DNA of 64,000 bases from the IMG/VR virus record IMGVR_UViG_3300034062_006900, positions 12,753 to 76,752 of that record; one strand, given 5' to 3'. The notes beneath the pieces were generated by a model, which was not told the origin of the DNA, ran no database searches, and worked only from the letters and a program-made list of their open reading frames with translations. Both the position numbers and the translations under genes were made by a program. This document shows, piece by piece, positions 47,579 through 58,404 of this stretch (its first letter is position 1; each line of letters begins with the position of its first letter). This stretch comes from a virus.

Positions 47579-49786
47579 TTAAAAATCAAGTTTCACCACA
47601 TACTGTTGAATACCTTGTCTGAGCTCAGGTGATTGTAATTTAGATACTACAATCAAATCTTTGTTCTCATCGAATAAACCAATCTCAGTAACATAAGATG
47701 TTGTTCCCGAAGTCCAAGTTGGGTTAGATGTGTTTGTAAATTGGTTTCTTCCCAAGTTAATAAGGTATTTCATCTCATAGATAGTTGCACTGATATCAGT
47801 TTCAATGTTACCATAAAAATAATACTCATCACCGAAGTTTAATACCTCAGGTTGAGCATTTGTAGGTAAATCTATATAGTCATTCAAATTGTATGGATAG
47901 GTTGCAGTATTATACATGTCAGGGTCAATTTGGAATGTTGTTCCTGTTAAACCACTCAATGTAATAAACCCATTCACTGTTGTAGCACTGATATCTGAGG
48001 TTACATCACTAATTCTCCAATTGGATGAAACTGGTCTTGTATCACCTGTAACAATTTGGTAAATCAACTGTAATGAGTTAGCACAAAATCCACTCAAATT
48101 AGTTGAGCTGAAGTTATCATTCAAGAACGGAAACTCGTCACCAAATCTTACAGATACGTTAACCGTGTTAGCCGATACAGTATTTGGTGCCTGAAGGACT
48201 GTATAATAATTACAATGTAATGACTCTGTGAAGGCAGTCGAACCAAATCTATAAGAAACCCAAATTCTTTCTTCAGGGTTTGTTAAAAGTCCCGTAGATG
48301 TAGTATTTGTGAAACAAGTATTAGGCGTTAACGTTGCAACCTTAGGTGCTGGCAATGTCCAGTTTCTATTTGACTTATAAGATAAAGCAGCAACTACTTC
48401 TTCATCATCAATAATAACAATTTCTTGGTCAGGGAACACTTTACCAATTCTATTTAAGTTTCCGTTAGAATCAGGATTTGTATCCCATAAATGATAGTAT
48501 CTGATACCAGGGTCATTCATGTCAAGATTTCTTGTTGACTTAATATAGTATGGTGTGCATAAATCATAGTTTGGTGGGTCAATAAAGAATGTTTCACCGA
48601 TTGTGTTTCCTGTTGATTTGTGCCACATCAATGTTGGAATAGACAATTTAAAGTGTCTTGCCAATCCTATACTGTTTGTTGGGTTTTGAGGGTCAAAAGG
48701 AACTGTTGCAAATTTTTCACCATAAACATGGTCAATGTCTTGATTCGTGTAGTGAATTATTGCAATTGCCTTTTGGTCTCTTGGATAGACAATAACTTTT
48801 TCATCAAAAGAATTATAATAATAAACCTCACTTGTATCTGTTTGACCTGTCGCCTCTTGATATCCCAAATATTCTTTTGTTCCGATATAGGTTACCGAAC
48901 CATAATTAGGATATCCTTCATAAGTATTTGGTAATAAACCTGCAGGATTTTCACTCCAAGGAATATTCATGTTCCAAATTAAAGTATTTTCTCTGTTCTG
49001 AATATCACAAGGTGTTTCAAAGTTCAACGCGTCTGTTTCCCAATAAGGTGCTGGTGTAATGAAATCATATAACACAGTCATTCCTGACGGATATATTAAA
49101 GTCCTACCATATTGTCCACTCAAGGAATATGGTGTATAGTCCGGTATCTCTCTATCAACAGTAACTATCCAAGGTGTTTGACCTGTTGTTCCTGTTAATG
49201 GTGATAATCCCTGAACTTTATATGTGAGTATTGGGTTAGTATTTACTTGCCCACCAGCTCCAAGTCCATCGACAAATATTGTAATAAAATCACCTACTGA
49301 AGGAGTTCCTGATGTTGGGCTAATTGGGTCTAAAATTAAATTAAGTTGTGTTCCTCCTGTCAGAGTATCTAATTCTACGAAATAATTCGATGTAATTGTG
49401 TAAGCTGAAGACGTTTGAGCAGTCCAACTATTATTGGTATTTCCCGTAAAAAATCCTTTTGGTCCTGCAGAGTTATAAACTTCCTCTACCGAACTATCCA
49501 TAAAAGGAATTCCATAAGTGCTTCCCTGACCTCCACTAACATAATAAGGGTATTTTACGTTCTGTTTGTTTGATTCAGGAAATCCTGTATCATTCTGAGC
49601 ATTAAATGCTGGCATCAAGATATTATTGTTCACTTGATTATAATTCGGCACCGCTGAATAGTTTACTTCACTATCTCCAATTTGGAAGTAAGAGATATTA
49701 AAATTCCCTTGTGAAATGTTTCTCCTTCCAACGTCAGTTAATCTTGTGTTAACTAAACCCGAAGTATTTTTTATGATATATGCCAT
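47579..49786 (-). CDS. structural protein, baseplate/tail-associated
   Basis: LTDVGR...FQIGDSEVNY N-terminus and YVTEIGLFD...VSKLQSP C-terminus; TATTTAT upstream. Confidence 0.6.
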   Translation of the reverse strand: MAYIIKNTSGLVNTRLTDVGRRNISQGNFNISYFQIGDSEVNYSAVPNYNQVNNNILMPAFNAQNDTGFPESNKQNVKYPYYVSGGQGSTYGIPFMDSSVEEVYNSAGPKGFFTGNTNNSWTAQTSSAYTITSNYFVELDTLTGGTQLNLILDPISPTSGTPSVGDFITIFVDGLGAGGQVNTNPILTYKVQGLSPLTGTTGQTPWIVTVDREIPDYTPYSLSGQYGRTLIYPSGMTVLYDFITPAPYWETDALNFETPCDIQNRENTLIWNMNIPWSENPAGLLPNTYEGYPNYGSVTYIGTKEYLGYQEATGQTDTSEVYYYNSFDEKVIVYPRDQKAIAIIHYTNQDIDHVYGEKFATVPFDPQNPTNSIGLARHFKLSIPTLMWHKSTGNTIGETFFIDPPNYDLCTPYYIKSTRNLDMNDPGIRYYHLWDTNPDSNGNLNRIGKVFPDQEIVIIDDEEVVAALSYKSNRNWTLPAPKVATLTPNTCFTNTTSTGLLTNPEERIWVSYRFGSTAFTESLHCNYYTVLQAPNTVSANTVNVSVRFGDEFPFLNDNFSSTNLSGFCANSLQLIYQIVTGDTRPVSSNWRISDVTSDISATTVNGFITLSGLTGTTFQIDPDMYNTATYPYNLNDYIDLPTNAQPEVLNFGDEYYFYGNIETDISATIYEMKYLINLGRNQFTNTSNPTWTSGTTSYVTEIGLFDENKDLIVVSKLQSPELRQGIQQYVVKLDF

Positions 49787-49816
49787 TGGTTATAAATATT
49801 CTTTTTTTTATTTCTC

Positions 49817-52408
49817 TTACGAAGCAAGGGTTGTGTATAAAACTTTATAGGTTGCACCTGTCTCATTAAAGTTTTGTGGGGTTGCAAATACCACAGGAAC
49901 TTCATACACTGAATCAGGGTAGAAAAATGAATTTAACGTTTCAGAACCTACTTCAATTCCATTTTTATAGATTATTATCGTCACTGATTGATTACCAGAG
50001 TTGTTAACAGAGAAGTTAGCAACGTATGTTTTGATAGGAGTAGTGTAGAAAGTTGGTATTGTAAATATTTTAGTTCTAACAGAACCATTATTCAGCAACG
50101 GAGTATCTTCGTCTGACATCCTAATGTTCAAATTACATCCTGTAGGATAAACATCAGAGCAAACAATTCCCGCAACATAAACAGGATTGTTAACAAACAC
50201 CCCAACGGATGGATTTATTTGCCACTCGAATGTCATTGTTTGTTCTTGTGATTGTGCTATTAGTGTTTGATTTGAAATTCCTTGTGAAGTTTGAATCATA
50301 TTAACTGAACAACAACTACATCCGTCGATAATAGCAGATACAGGAACTATTGATACGGATTGAACTCCAGTTGCTACGCAACCATTAGCTGTCGCATAGT
50401 TTAATGGTGTAATCACTGATGTTGTTTGTCCTGAAATTATATCTGTAGGTGATACTGTGACAGTAATAGTTTCTGTGTAAGTTGTCTGTTGTGTCTGGTT
50501 AGGTGAACAATTTGGTCTATCAATCAACCGAACGACAGGAGTTGATGAAGTTGGCGAAATTAATACTCCATTATCATAAAAATTATTTGTTGCAGATATT
50601 ATGAATGTAGAAGCTGGTATATTATTGTAGAATGGTCCTTCAATTTTTTGAACTACATTAGCATTCAAACTTATTGTTGCGGTTGTTCCTTGAGGTAATG
50701 GTGGATTAATACCAAGAGTCCATGAGAATATTTGAGTCGTAGCGTTTAACTGTTGTATTCCAACTACTTGAATTGATACATCATGGTTAATAGGATTATT
50801 ATTAACCTGTAATTGAAGTATCTGAGATACTATTTGTCCATTACTATCTTTAGTGAACACTGTAAATTGTCCTGCACAAAGACCGTTGAAGATATTAGAT
50901 TGTTGATAGTTTATACCATCAATAGAATATGAATATGGACCAACTCCACCTGTAGTTGGTAATATAATTGAACCATTGCATGGTCCTGATGAACATCCTG
51001 TATTTGTCACTTGAGCATTTGATATTAAAGGTAATGATGTTGGGCAATTTCCTTGACTTGCACTAACGATAAGTTGATTTGAATTAGTTCCAGCAATACT
51101 CCAAGAAGATAATGGTATTAAAGCTTGTGAATAGCTCACAGGAATTCCACCACCTGTAAATCCGTCAATTTGCCATCTATTGATATTGTTACTGTTGTTC
51201 CAATACATTGTAAGTCCGTTCGCAGAACTTGTCCACTTATATCTACCATTTTGAGTTCCTGCCGGTATAAATTGGTAAGGACCATAACTTACATTAATTC
51301 CTTGAACTGTTATACAAATATTTGGAACATTGAATGACTGTGATGGTGTGATAGTCGGTGTTAATGTTGGAGTAACTGATGGTGTTGGTCCCAACAATGT
51401 GCAAATAGTCGTTGCAGTATAATCTCCATAATAATCAACCACCCTAACAGCATAAGACCCTCTACCAATGTTTGCCAATATTTGACTTGTGCTTCCATTA
51501 TTTAACCATAAAAAACTATAAGGACTTGTTCCTCCTGTTACATTAACAGTTAAAATACCATCTATTGAAGTAGATGAACTTGGCGATTGAATTATATTAC
51601 ATGAAACTCCCAAATCAAACAAAGTTGTAACCGCGCAATCATTAATCAATTTATAAACACCTGAAGGTGTTGTAGTAACAGTTGCCGTCGGGGTGATGCT
51701 TGGTGTTATGCTTGGAGTAACAGTATTAGTTGGTGTGGGTGTAACTGTTGGCGTTTGGGTTGTCGTTGGGGTTGGTGTAGGAGTAACACAAACAACCGAA
51801 GCAGCCTGATTGAGTTTTGTGATACCGAAATTAGGTAATTGGTAATTCAGAACAACAAGTTGTCCTGCACCTGTTCCTTGTTGGAAATTTCCACAACAAT
51901 CTGTGTAATAATATGTTGTTTGAGTAACACCACTTCCGCAAACAATTGGTGTTGTTGAAGGAGTTGGAGTTGGCGTTTTTGTAAGGGTTGGTGTTGGTGT
52001 ATTAGTTGGAGTCTGAGTTGGTGTTCTTGTTAATGTCGGTGTGATAGTTGGAGTTATCGAAACTGTTGGAGTGTTTGTCGGTGTAACAGTTGTCGTAGCG
52101 GTTGGAGTAACTGTTGGAGCAACAGGTTGACAATCTGAACTTGTTGAACAAGTCCCGCCAGTTGTTATTACAATACCTGATGGTGCTGGAATCAATGAAC
52201 CTGTTATACCATATTGAAAAGTTATTTGTCCGTTATTAACACACAAATCAATTTCAATACCTGACCCACTAATAGTATAAGGATAGTTTGTATATGATTG
52301 TGGCGCAACATTAACTCCTGAACAAGTAAGATAACCTACCCATAGATTGTTTCCCCCACTTTGTAAGGCTGAATTTGGTATTAATATGCTATTGCAAAGA
52401 CAGGACAT
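49817..52408 (-). CDS. Thr-Pro-rich, Cys-rich structural protein with SprB-like repeats
   Basis: TP linkers; VTGGTSPYSFLW...GSYAVRVVD and GGVGPYSYSIDG...FNGLCAG. Confidence 0.7.
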   Translation of the reverse strand: MSCLCNSILIPNSALQSGGNNLWVGYLTCSGVNVAPQSYTNYPYTISGSGIEIDLCVNNGQITFQYGITGSLIPAPSGIVITTGGTCSTSSDCQPVAPTVTPTATTTVTPTNTPTVSITPTITPTLTRTPTQTPTNTPTPTLTKTPTPTPSTTPIVCGSGVTQTTYYYTDCCGNFQQGTGAGQLVVLNYQLPNFGITKLNQAASVVCVTPTPTPTTTQTPTVTPTPTNTVTPSITPSITPTATVTTTPSGVYKLINDCAVTTLFDLGVSCNIIQSPSSSTSIDGILTVNVTGGTSPYSFLWLNNGSTSQILANIGRGSYAVRVVDYYGDYTATTICTLLGPTPSVTPTLTPTITPSQSFNVPNICITVQGINVSYGPYQFIPAGTQNGRYKWTSSANGLTMYWNNSNNINRWQIDGFTGGGIPVSYSQALIPLSSWSIAGTNSNQLIVSASQGNCPTSLPLISNAQVTNTGCSSGPCNGSIILPTTGGVGPYSYSIDGINYQQSNIFNGLCAGQFTVFTKDSNGQIVSQILQLQVNNNPINHDVSIQVVGIQQLNATTQIFSWTLGINPPLPQGTTATISLNANVVQKIEGPFYNNIPASTFIISATNNFYDNGVLISPTSSTPVVRLIDRPNCSPNQTQQTTYTETITVTVSPTDIISGQTTSVITPLNYATANGCVATGVQSVSIVPVSAIIDGCSCCSVNMIQTSQGISNQTLIAQSQEQTMTFEWQINPSVGVFVNNPVYVAGIVCSDVYPTGCNLNIRMSDEDTPLLNNGSVRTKIFTIPTFYTTPIKTYVANFSVNNSGNQSVTIIIYKNGIEVGSETLNSFFYPDSVYEVPVVFATPQNFNETGATYKVLYTTLAS

Positions 52409-52460
52409 TTAGTTTAAATTATATATTATAATTATAAGTTTCGACTTTTATTTGTATAGG

Positions 52461-53102
52461 TTATGAACATAACGTATACGAAAGTATGTTACCATATGAG
52501 TTAACTTGAACCTGATAGATATCAGACCCCCAAACCATTTTAATAAATTTATCTCCACCATTGTATGGGTTGTAGAGGACCCCACCGAATGTTGATGTAT
52601 AAACAACTATTCCTGCAGAAATATTACCATCACTCAAATAGGTATAATAATTTTGAACTGTCAATTCATCTTCACAAGCATCACCTGATAATATGAAAGT
52701 ATTCTGACCAACAGCGTGTGGATATATCATAGGTGTTGTTGTTACTGTTGGTGTATTTGTTGGTGTTATTGTAGGTGTTTGTGTAAGAGTTGGCGTTATA
52801 GATGGTGTAATCGTAGGTGTTACTGACGCTTGTGGAGTCTGAGTTACTGTCGGTGTAATAGGTGGTGTGGTAGATGGTGTTGGTGTTGGCGTTATATTAA
52901 CAAACTCACCATATTCAAAGTCTTGAGTATCTATAATTTTTACCAAGAAGTTATCATCACTATATGAATCAGGAACAACAAATTCATATGGGAATGTTGA
53001 TACTGTAGCAACATAAACACAATCACCACTTGTTGAATCACAATAATAGATTTCAACAGGTGTGTTTGCTGTGACTGCCAATATATTAACTAATTCACTC
53101 AT
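52461..53102 (-). CDS. Thr-Pro-linker protein
   Basis: N-terminal domain paralogous to 53099-53320; central TP tract. Confidence 0.75.
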   Translation of the reverse strand: MSELVNILAVTANTPVEIYYCDSTSGDCVYVATVSTFPYEFVVPDSYSDDNFLVKIIDTQDFEYGEFVNITPTPTPSTTPPITPTVTQTPQASVTPTITPSITPTLTQTPTITPTNTPTVTTTPMIYPHAVGQNTFILSGDACEDELTVQNYYTYLSDGNISAGIVVYTSTFGGVLYNPYNGGDKFIKMVWGSDIYQVQVNSYGNILSYTLCS

Positions 53103-53320
53103 GTTGAAACTGTTTGAATTCCTGTGATTATGCAGTCTTTGCTATCAATTACCTTTAACAGATAACTTGATGATTCATCATAAGGTGATGGTATTGTAAA
53201 GCTCAATGAAGTGCTTGATGTTGTTAACATATAGAAACAACCTGTCCCGTCTGACTGACAAACGTATATATCGTATGGGGACTGTCCCGTGATTCCATTT
53301 ATGTTTACTTGTATTGGCAT
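53099..53320 (-). CDS. small Cys-containing beta-domain protein
   Basis: IYVC....GCFY...LKVIDSKDC. Confidence 0.7.
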   Translation of the reverse strand: MPIQVNINGITGQSPYDIYVCQSDGTGCFYMLTTSSTSLSFTIPSPYDESSSYLLKVIDSKDCIITGIQTVST

Positions 53321-53321
53321 A

Positions 53322-56300
53322 TTAACATCCGAAATTTCCTACGTTTATGGAACCACTTATAAATAAAACACAAGTGCTGATAACTTGGTATCCGGTTCCG
53401 ACAAATAGACCTCCTCCATTGATTGCACAAGATTCAACGTCAGAATTGGTTCCTTGTAGAATTGTTCCCGATACTGCTATTGTGTTATATTGTCCCGAAA
53501 GAGGTTTATAATAAACCACTCTTAAAGTGTAATTAACATTCTGAGAAACAACAGAATCCAAGGTTATAAACCAATCCAAATGGTCTTGTTGGTCTCCTGC
53601 ACCACAGTTTACAAATATAGAACTCGTAGAGATAACTTTTGGTGGTGGAGGTGGTGGTGTTAAACAAGCTTCACAACTTGCAAATATCGTTGGTGTCAAT
53701 CCATCAAAATAATTTCCTGAATAAGTGAATGATGATGTGTTTACATCACTTGTAACATATGATGTTTCATATTGTCCTTTGTATCCCCAACAAGTTCCAT
53801 TATTATCTTTAAACGTTTGACCAACAGTTATTGTAAATCCAGCAGGTAAAGTTTGAATTACTTCAGAGAAAGAAACACCCTTAATTATTTTCTCACAAGT
53901 CTTGAACACATAAACATAGTTTGGTGTTGGAGTTATTGTAGGAGTAACACTTGGCGTAAGTGTAATTGTTGGTGTTATCGTTGGAGTGATAGTTGGTGTT
54001 TGGGTTGGTGTTGGCGTTTTGGTTGGTGTTATCGATGGAGTCGGTGGTGGAGTCAAACCTGGTGTAGGAGTGATAGTTGGTGTAATCGTATTTGTCGGTG
54101 TTATTGATGGTGTAATTGTATTTGTCGGTGTTGATGTTGTGTTAGGTGTCGGAGTTATTGTTGGGGTTATTGTCGGAGTATTTGAAACCGTTGGCGTAGG
54201 AGTAGGTGTAGATGGAATAAGACAAGGTCCACAATTACCATAGATGTCAAGGATTTCACCAACTGTTGAGTTTGATGATATCGATGTTGTATCTGCACTA
54301 TAAGTAGCACATGTTAAATTACCATTGATATACCCAAGTATTGTAATTGGTGGTTGTAAAGTAATTCCACTATAATACAAATCTTGTGCAACATAATATG
54401 TCACTTGAGTTGTGCAATCAATTAATATCTTCGTATTAACACAAGAGAACCCTTTGTTCATCATCTCAAATGTAACAGTTCCATTTATATCCAAAGGCAA
54501 CGTAGAAGATGGTGTTGGAGTGATGGTCGCAGTAACTTGAGGTGTGATTCCCGTAATTGAGAAGTCCAAACCTGTATTACAGTTAGGTGTCGGAGTTGGT
54601 GTCGGACTAACAGGAAATGCCGTAAGGTCAATATCCAAAACGGTAATGGTTGCCGAAGGTGTTGGAACTGGTTCCCAATCACAATCAAAATATGCCAAGA
54701 AATTAAGTTGACAATCTGATGGTGTTGGTGTTGGCGTAACACATGGTCCAGTTGTGAATGAAACCGATGCAATGTCAGGACAAACTGAATAACAAGGGCT
54801 TGAACCTTGGAGGTAACAAGTTCCTCCCAATGAGTCTGACAAACACCAATAACTTTCAGTTGAAGACGTGAAATAATATATCACACCCTGAGGACTTCCT
54901 GAATATGTTAATCTACCATTATAACTTGCTCCTGCGGTATAATTTCCATTATACATTGATAGACCTGAGAATGATGTTCTTAAACAAAACTCTGTATCAT
55001 CACAAACTCCAACTGTAGGAGTTATTGTCGGAGTAACTGTTGGCGTAGGATTTGGAGTTACAGTAGGTGTCGGAGTTAGAACACAGAAAGTGCAATCGTC
55101 AAAGTCAGGTGCACCCAAATAAGGACCACCAGGTCCTGAGAATTCAATGAACTTGTAACAAACGTCATTATATACATAAGCAGCATCAACGAAAGCAACA
55201 TCCGCATCAACAGTTGCATAAAATATTTCACCATTGTCACATCTCCCCATTTGAGCCGCCCTCTTATTTGTTCTTGGACAAACTGGGTCAAGACACCCTA
55301 TAGTATTTGTAAATGTAACGCCAGAAGCATTAAAAATAGGTCCGGCACCTGTATTTGCAACAACAGTAGCACATCCACTAAAATCAGTTCCCCCTGTAAT
55401 AACATAAACATCACCAAGAATTAATTGTGAAATTCCATTTCCAAATCTAAAGAAATTGGAACCGTCATCACAATCTTGGAATTGTATTACTATTCCTGAA
55501 GTTTGAGTTGGCGTTGGAGTTGGCGTCTCAGTTGTTGTCGGAGTCGGTGTGGAGGTCGGAGTATTTGTTGGTGTTTCAGTTACTGTAGGTGTAGGAGTTT
55601 CAGTTGGTGTCTCAGTTACTGTAGGTGTTGGCGTTTCAGTAGGTGTTTCAGTTACCGTAGGAGTTGGTGTTTCAGTAGGAGTTTGTGTAGGAGTTGGTGT
55701 TTCAGTTGGAGTTTGTGTAGGAGTATTTGAAGGTGGTAATCCAGGTGTCGGAGTGACCGTAGGTGTCGGAGTGGGCGTTTCTGTCTCGGTGATAGTAGGT
55801 GTCGGAGTGGGCGTTTCTGTGATGGTTGGCGTATTTGTTGATGTAGGCGTTGGTGTTGGAGTCGATGGACAAAACAATTGTCCAGTCGAAGCTATTGGAA
55901 TTAGTGTCCCTCCTGGGTCTGTAAATACCGAACCAGTAACAACCCAAACATTTCCTGGCGAGGTTACTCTATCGTCGATAGAGAATGTTCCAAAAGAGTA
56001 TTCTTCTGAATATTCTATAGAACTATCCGCACAATTTGTTATTTGATACCATACCGATACATTAATTGGTGTAGTAGTAGGTGTTGGAGTTTGTGTTTGA
56101 GTAACTGTTGAGGTTGGTGTTGGTGTTGGAGTTGGTGTTATCGGACCTCCTCCTGATGTTTGAGTAATTGTGGGTGTTGGTGTTTGAGTTGGAGTATCAG
56201 TGATAGTTGGTGTTGGAGTAATTGTTGGGTCAGGCGTTGGGTCAGGCGTTGGGTCAGGCGTTGGGGTTGGTGTTTCGGATTCTGTAGGGGTAGGTGTTGG

Positions 56301-56567
56301 TGCCCCACATGTCCCGACTGGTATTACCGTGCTAACACCCAATACTTGGGCATCGGTTTGATAATAATAGATATTAATTGGAAATGAATTATCAATACAG
56401 GCAAATAATAGGAATACTCCAGCTGTATTATATTGCTCCGTTCCAGGATTACCACTACAATCTGTGTATCCAACAAAGAGAACTCCGTTGAGGGCAGGAT
56501 TCGAGTTTCCCGTAGCATTTGCTAAGTCTGTGCTTTGGACATTAATATCGTAATTGAAACAAGCCAT
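53322..56567 (-). CDS. mucin-like Thr-Pro-rich, Cys-rich structural protein
   Basis: Long TPT(E/V/I)TP tracts separating Cys-rich modules; TATTTAT upstream. Confidence 0.8.
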   Translation of the reverse strand: MACFNYDINVQSTDLANATGNSNPALNGVLFVGYTDCSGNPGTEQYNTAGVFLLFACIDNSFPINIYYYQTDAQVLGVSTVIPVGTCGAPTPTPTESETPTPTPDPTPDPTPDPTITPTPTITDTPTQTPTPTITQTSGGGPITPTPTPTPTSTVTQTQTPTPTTTPINVSVWYQITNCADSSIEYSEEYSFGTFSIDDRVTSPGNVWVVTGSVFTDPGGTLIPIASTGQLFCPSTPTPTPTSTNTPTITETPTPTPTITETETPTPTPTVTPTPGLPPSNTPTQTPTETPTPTQTPTETPTPTVTETPTETPTPTVTETPTETPTPTVTETPTNTPTSTPTPTTTETPTPTPTQTSGIVIQFQDCDDGSNFFRFGNGISQLILGDVYVITGGTDFSGCATVVANTGAGPIFNASGVTFTNTIGCLDPVCPRTNKRAAQMGRCDNGEIFYATVDADVAFVDAAYVYNDVCYKFIEFSGPGGPYLGAPDFDDCTFCVLTPTPTVTPNPTPTVTPTITPTVGVCDDTEFCLRTSFSGLSMYNGNYTAGASYNGRLTYSGSPQGVIYYFTSSTESYWCLSDSLGGTCYLQGSSPCYSVCPDIASVSFTTGPCVTPTPTPSDCQLNFLAYFDCDWEPVPTPSATITVLDIDLTAFPVSPTPTPTPNCNTGLDFSITGITPQVTATITPTPSSTLPLDINGTVTFEMMNKGFSCVNTKILIDCTTQVTYYVAQDLYYSGITLQPPITILGYINGNLTCATYSADTTSISSNSTVGEILDIYGNCGPCLIPSTPTPTPTVSNTPTITPTITPTPNTTSTPTNTITPSITPTNTITPTITPTPGLTPPPTPSITPTKTPTPTQTPTITPTITPTITLTPSVTPTITPTPNYVYVFKTCEKIIKGVSFSEVIQTLPAGFTITVGQTFKDNNGTCWGYKGQYETSYVTSDVNTSSFTYSGNYFDGLTPTIFASCEACLTPPPPPPKVISTSSIFVNCGAGDQQDHLDWFITLDSVVSQNVNYTLRVVYYKPLSGQYNTIAVSGTILQGTNSDVESCAINGGGLFVGTGYQVISTCVLFISGSINVGNFGC

Positions 56568-56675
56568 ATTATTATTCTTACTATATAAATAACCTGACTA
56601 TAGGTTTTTATCGTTTTTATAATATAGTTTTATTAGGATGTAAATAAAGTCACTCCGAGACTATATTTATAGTAT

Positions 56676-56852
56676 ATGAAACTTCTTAAAACGATAAAGA
56701 AGATTATACAAGAGGCTGAGGAACAGCTAAATCTTGCAAACGATTCATCTCTACCTTTGGAGGAATTGGATAAATTGGAGAAACACTATAAAGATTCTCT
56801 CAAATTATTGAATCTATATAATTCCAAAGAAAAGAAGAAAATTGGAAATTAA
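56676..56852 (+). CDS. 58-aa helical protein
   Basis: MKLLKTIKKIIQEAEEQ...; TATTTAT at 56664-56670. Confidence 0.6.
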   Translation: MKLLKTIKKIIQEAEEQLNLANDSSLPLEELDKLEKHYKDSLKLLNLYNSKEKKKIGN

Positions 56853-57562
56853 ATTTCTTTGTAGTCGTAACCCATCTTTCCTATCAGATAATGTAATTCG
56901 TTATCTTTCGTTATAATTTCTTTTATGTGTTGTGGAATTAAATTTGCGTCGAATCTATTCAAATAATTTTTCGAATCACCGAATGAGCTGTGAGTTCCAG
57001 AGACTTGTGTATTATCAAACCTTTCCGTAACATTGAATTTGTCAAGTAGTTCTACTCTTTTATCTTTATTTTGAAGCCAATCTTCATATTTGATAAAATT
57101 AACTTTACCCTCCAAACAAGCTTTTGCATGATTTTTCCAAATTTCCAAGAATTTCTCATCATAGAACGCTCTCGGCTCGTTTCGATTATGAAACATATTA
57201 ATTCTTGACACTAAATTATTGTAAAAGTCTCTTATGAAAAGTATTTTATGAGTCCTCGTGTATTCCCATCCCTTGAACACACCTCTGTTGAAAGGTGAAT
57301 TTGAATGATTTATGTGACTGTAATCCCAAAACTCATTGTCGTAAGAAATTGAAAGAATATTAGGTTTATTAAGTGTATCCATAACATTCAGACACTGTTC
57401 ATAAAATATTGTTGAGTCGTTCCAATGAGTCCAACCACAATCACCGAAAACTGTTACTTGCCATTCATTATGGTATTCAAAATCAACCATGTTTTTAAAA
57501 AACCAATTCATCATTGCATGATGACCAGAGCGAGCTAGACCAGTAAATTCTATTATTTCCAT
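56849..57562 (-). CDS. sulfotransferase-like P-loop protein
   Basis: GLARSGHHAMMNW, IRDFYNNLVSR, IKYEDW; start moved to MEIIEF. Confidence 0.6.
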   Translation of the reverse strand: MEIIEFTGLARSGHHAMMNWFFKNMVDFEYHNEWQVTVFGDCGWTHWNDSTIFYEQCLNVMDTLNKPNILSISYDNEFWDYSHINHSNSPFNRGVFKGWEYTRTHKILFIRDFYNNLVSRINMFHNRNEPRAFYDEKFLEIWKNHAKACLEGKVNFIKYEDWLQNKDKRVELLDKFNVTERFDNTQVSGTHSSFGDSKNYLNRFDANLIPQHIKEIITKDNELHYLIGKMGYDYKEI

Positions 57563-57563
57563 T

Positions 57564-58400
57564 CTATCTAATTGACAAACAAATTCCATTCTCAGAATGA
57601 CTGAGATATCCTTTTTTATTCAAATAATCCATTAAATTATTTTTTTCTCCCAACAATATATTATTATCTTCGAAAATTATTAAATTAGGAAGTAAATCCT
57701 CTCTCAGACTCATTATTAGATTAGCATCCAAACCCTCGACATCAAGATGTAACCAATCTAATTTTTCAAAATTCTGCTCCACCAAATCAGTTATGGATAT
57801 TGAATCCTTAATGGAAGATGTTATTTCTTCTGTCTCCCAATCCTTAATAACTCTTTCCACGACAGAATTGGTATATCCTCTACCTCCCTCGAAAAAATTC
57901 ACAGGTTTACCGTCAGTTGTAATTAATGAATTAATTAATTTAACATTATTTTTATTGTTGTAATTATTTTTTAATTCTTGGAATTGTTTCGAGCTAGCTT
58001 CTACCAAAACTAAATTTGAAAGATTATCGTAAACTAAAGGGCACCACTCTCCAAATTCACCGTCATGAGTTCCAATAGCTAAACCGTTTGGCATTCTACC
58101 ATCACTCATGATTTTTTTACAATACATCCAAAGTGACTTATAAAAAATAGAACCATTTGTCATCACATCCCATTTGTATTCATAAACTACATTTGATTTA
58201 GAGTCAAGAATTTTGACATTGTTCATTTCACTACTTGGAAATGATGACCACCAAAAACTATTCAAGGTAGACGACCATACTAATCTGTCTGTAACATTAT
58301 TTCTGATTTCGAGTTTTAATGGTAATTGGTCCTCAGAATATATCTTGTCAATTTGTTTCGTGTATATTTTTATTTCATTTGTGTAGATGATTTCTATCAT
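57564..58400 (-). CDS. FkbM-family methyltransferase
   Basis: IGTHDG, LVEA, LHLDVEGLD, IIFE. Confidence 0.8.
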   Translation of the reverse strand: MIEIIYTNEIKIYTKQIDKIYSEDQLPLKLEIRNNVTDRLVWSSTLNSFWWSSFPSSEMNNVKILDSKSNVVYEYKWDVMTNGSIFYKSLWMYCKKIMSDGRMPNGLAIGTHDGEFGEWCPLVYDNLSNLVLVEASSKQFQELKNNYNNKNNVKLINSLITTDGKPVNFFEGGRGYTNSVVERVIKDWETEEITSSIKDSISITDLVEQNFEKLDWLHLDVEGLDANLIMSLREDLLPNLIIFEDNNILLGEKNNLMDYLNKKGYLSHSENGICLSIR

Positions 58401-58404
58401 GATT

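Noticed and set aside
53853-56518. Val-Gly-rich antisense ORFs
   Set aside because: Reverse complement of Thr-Pro codons
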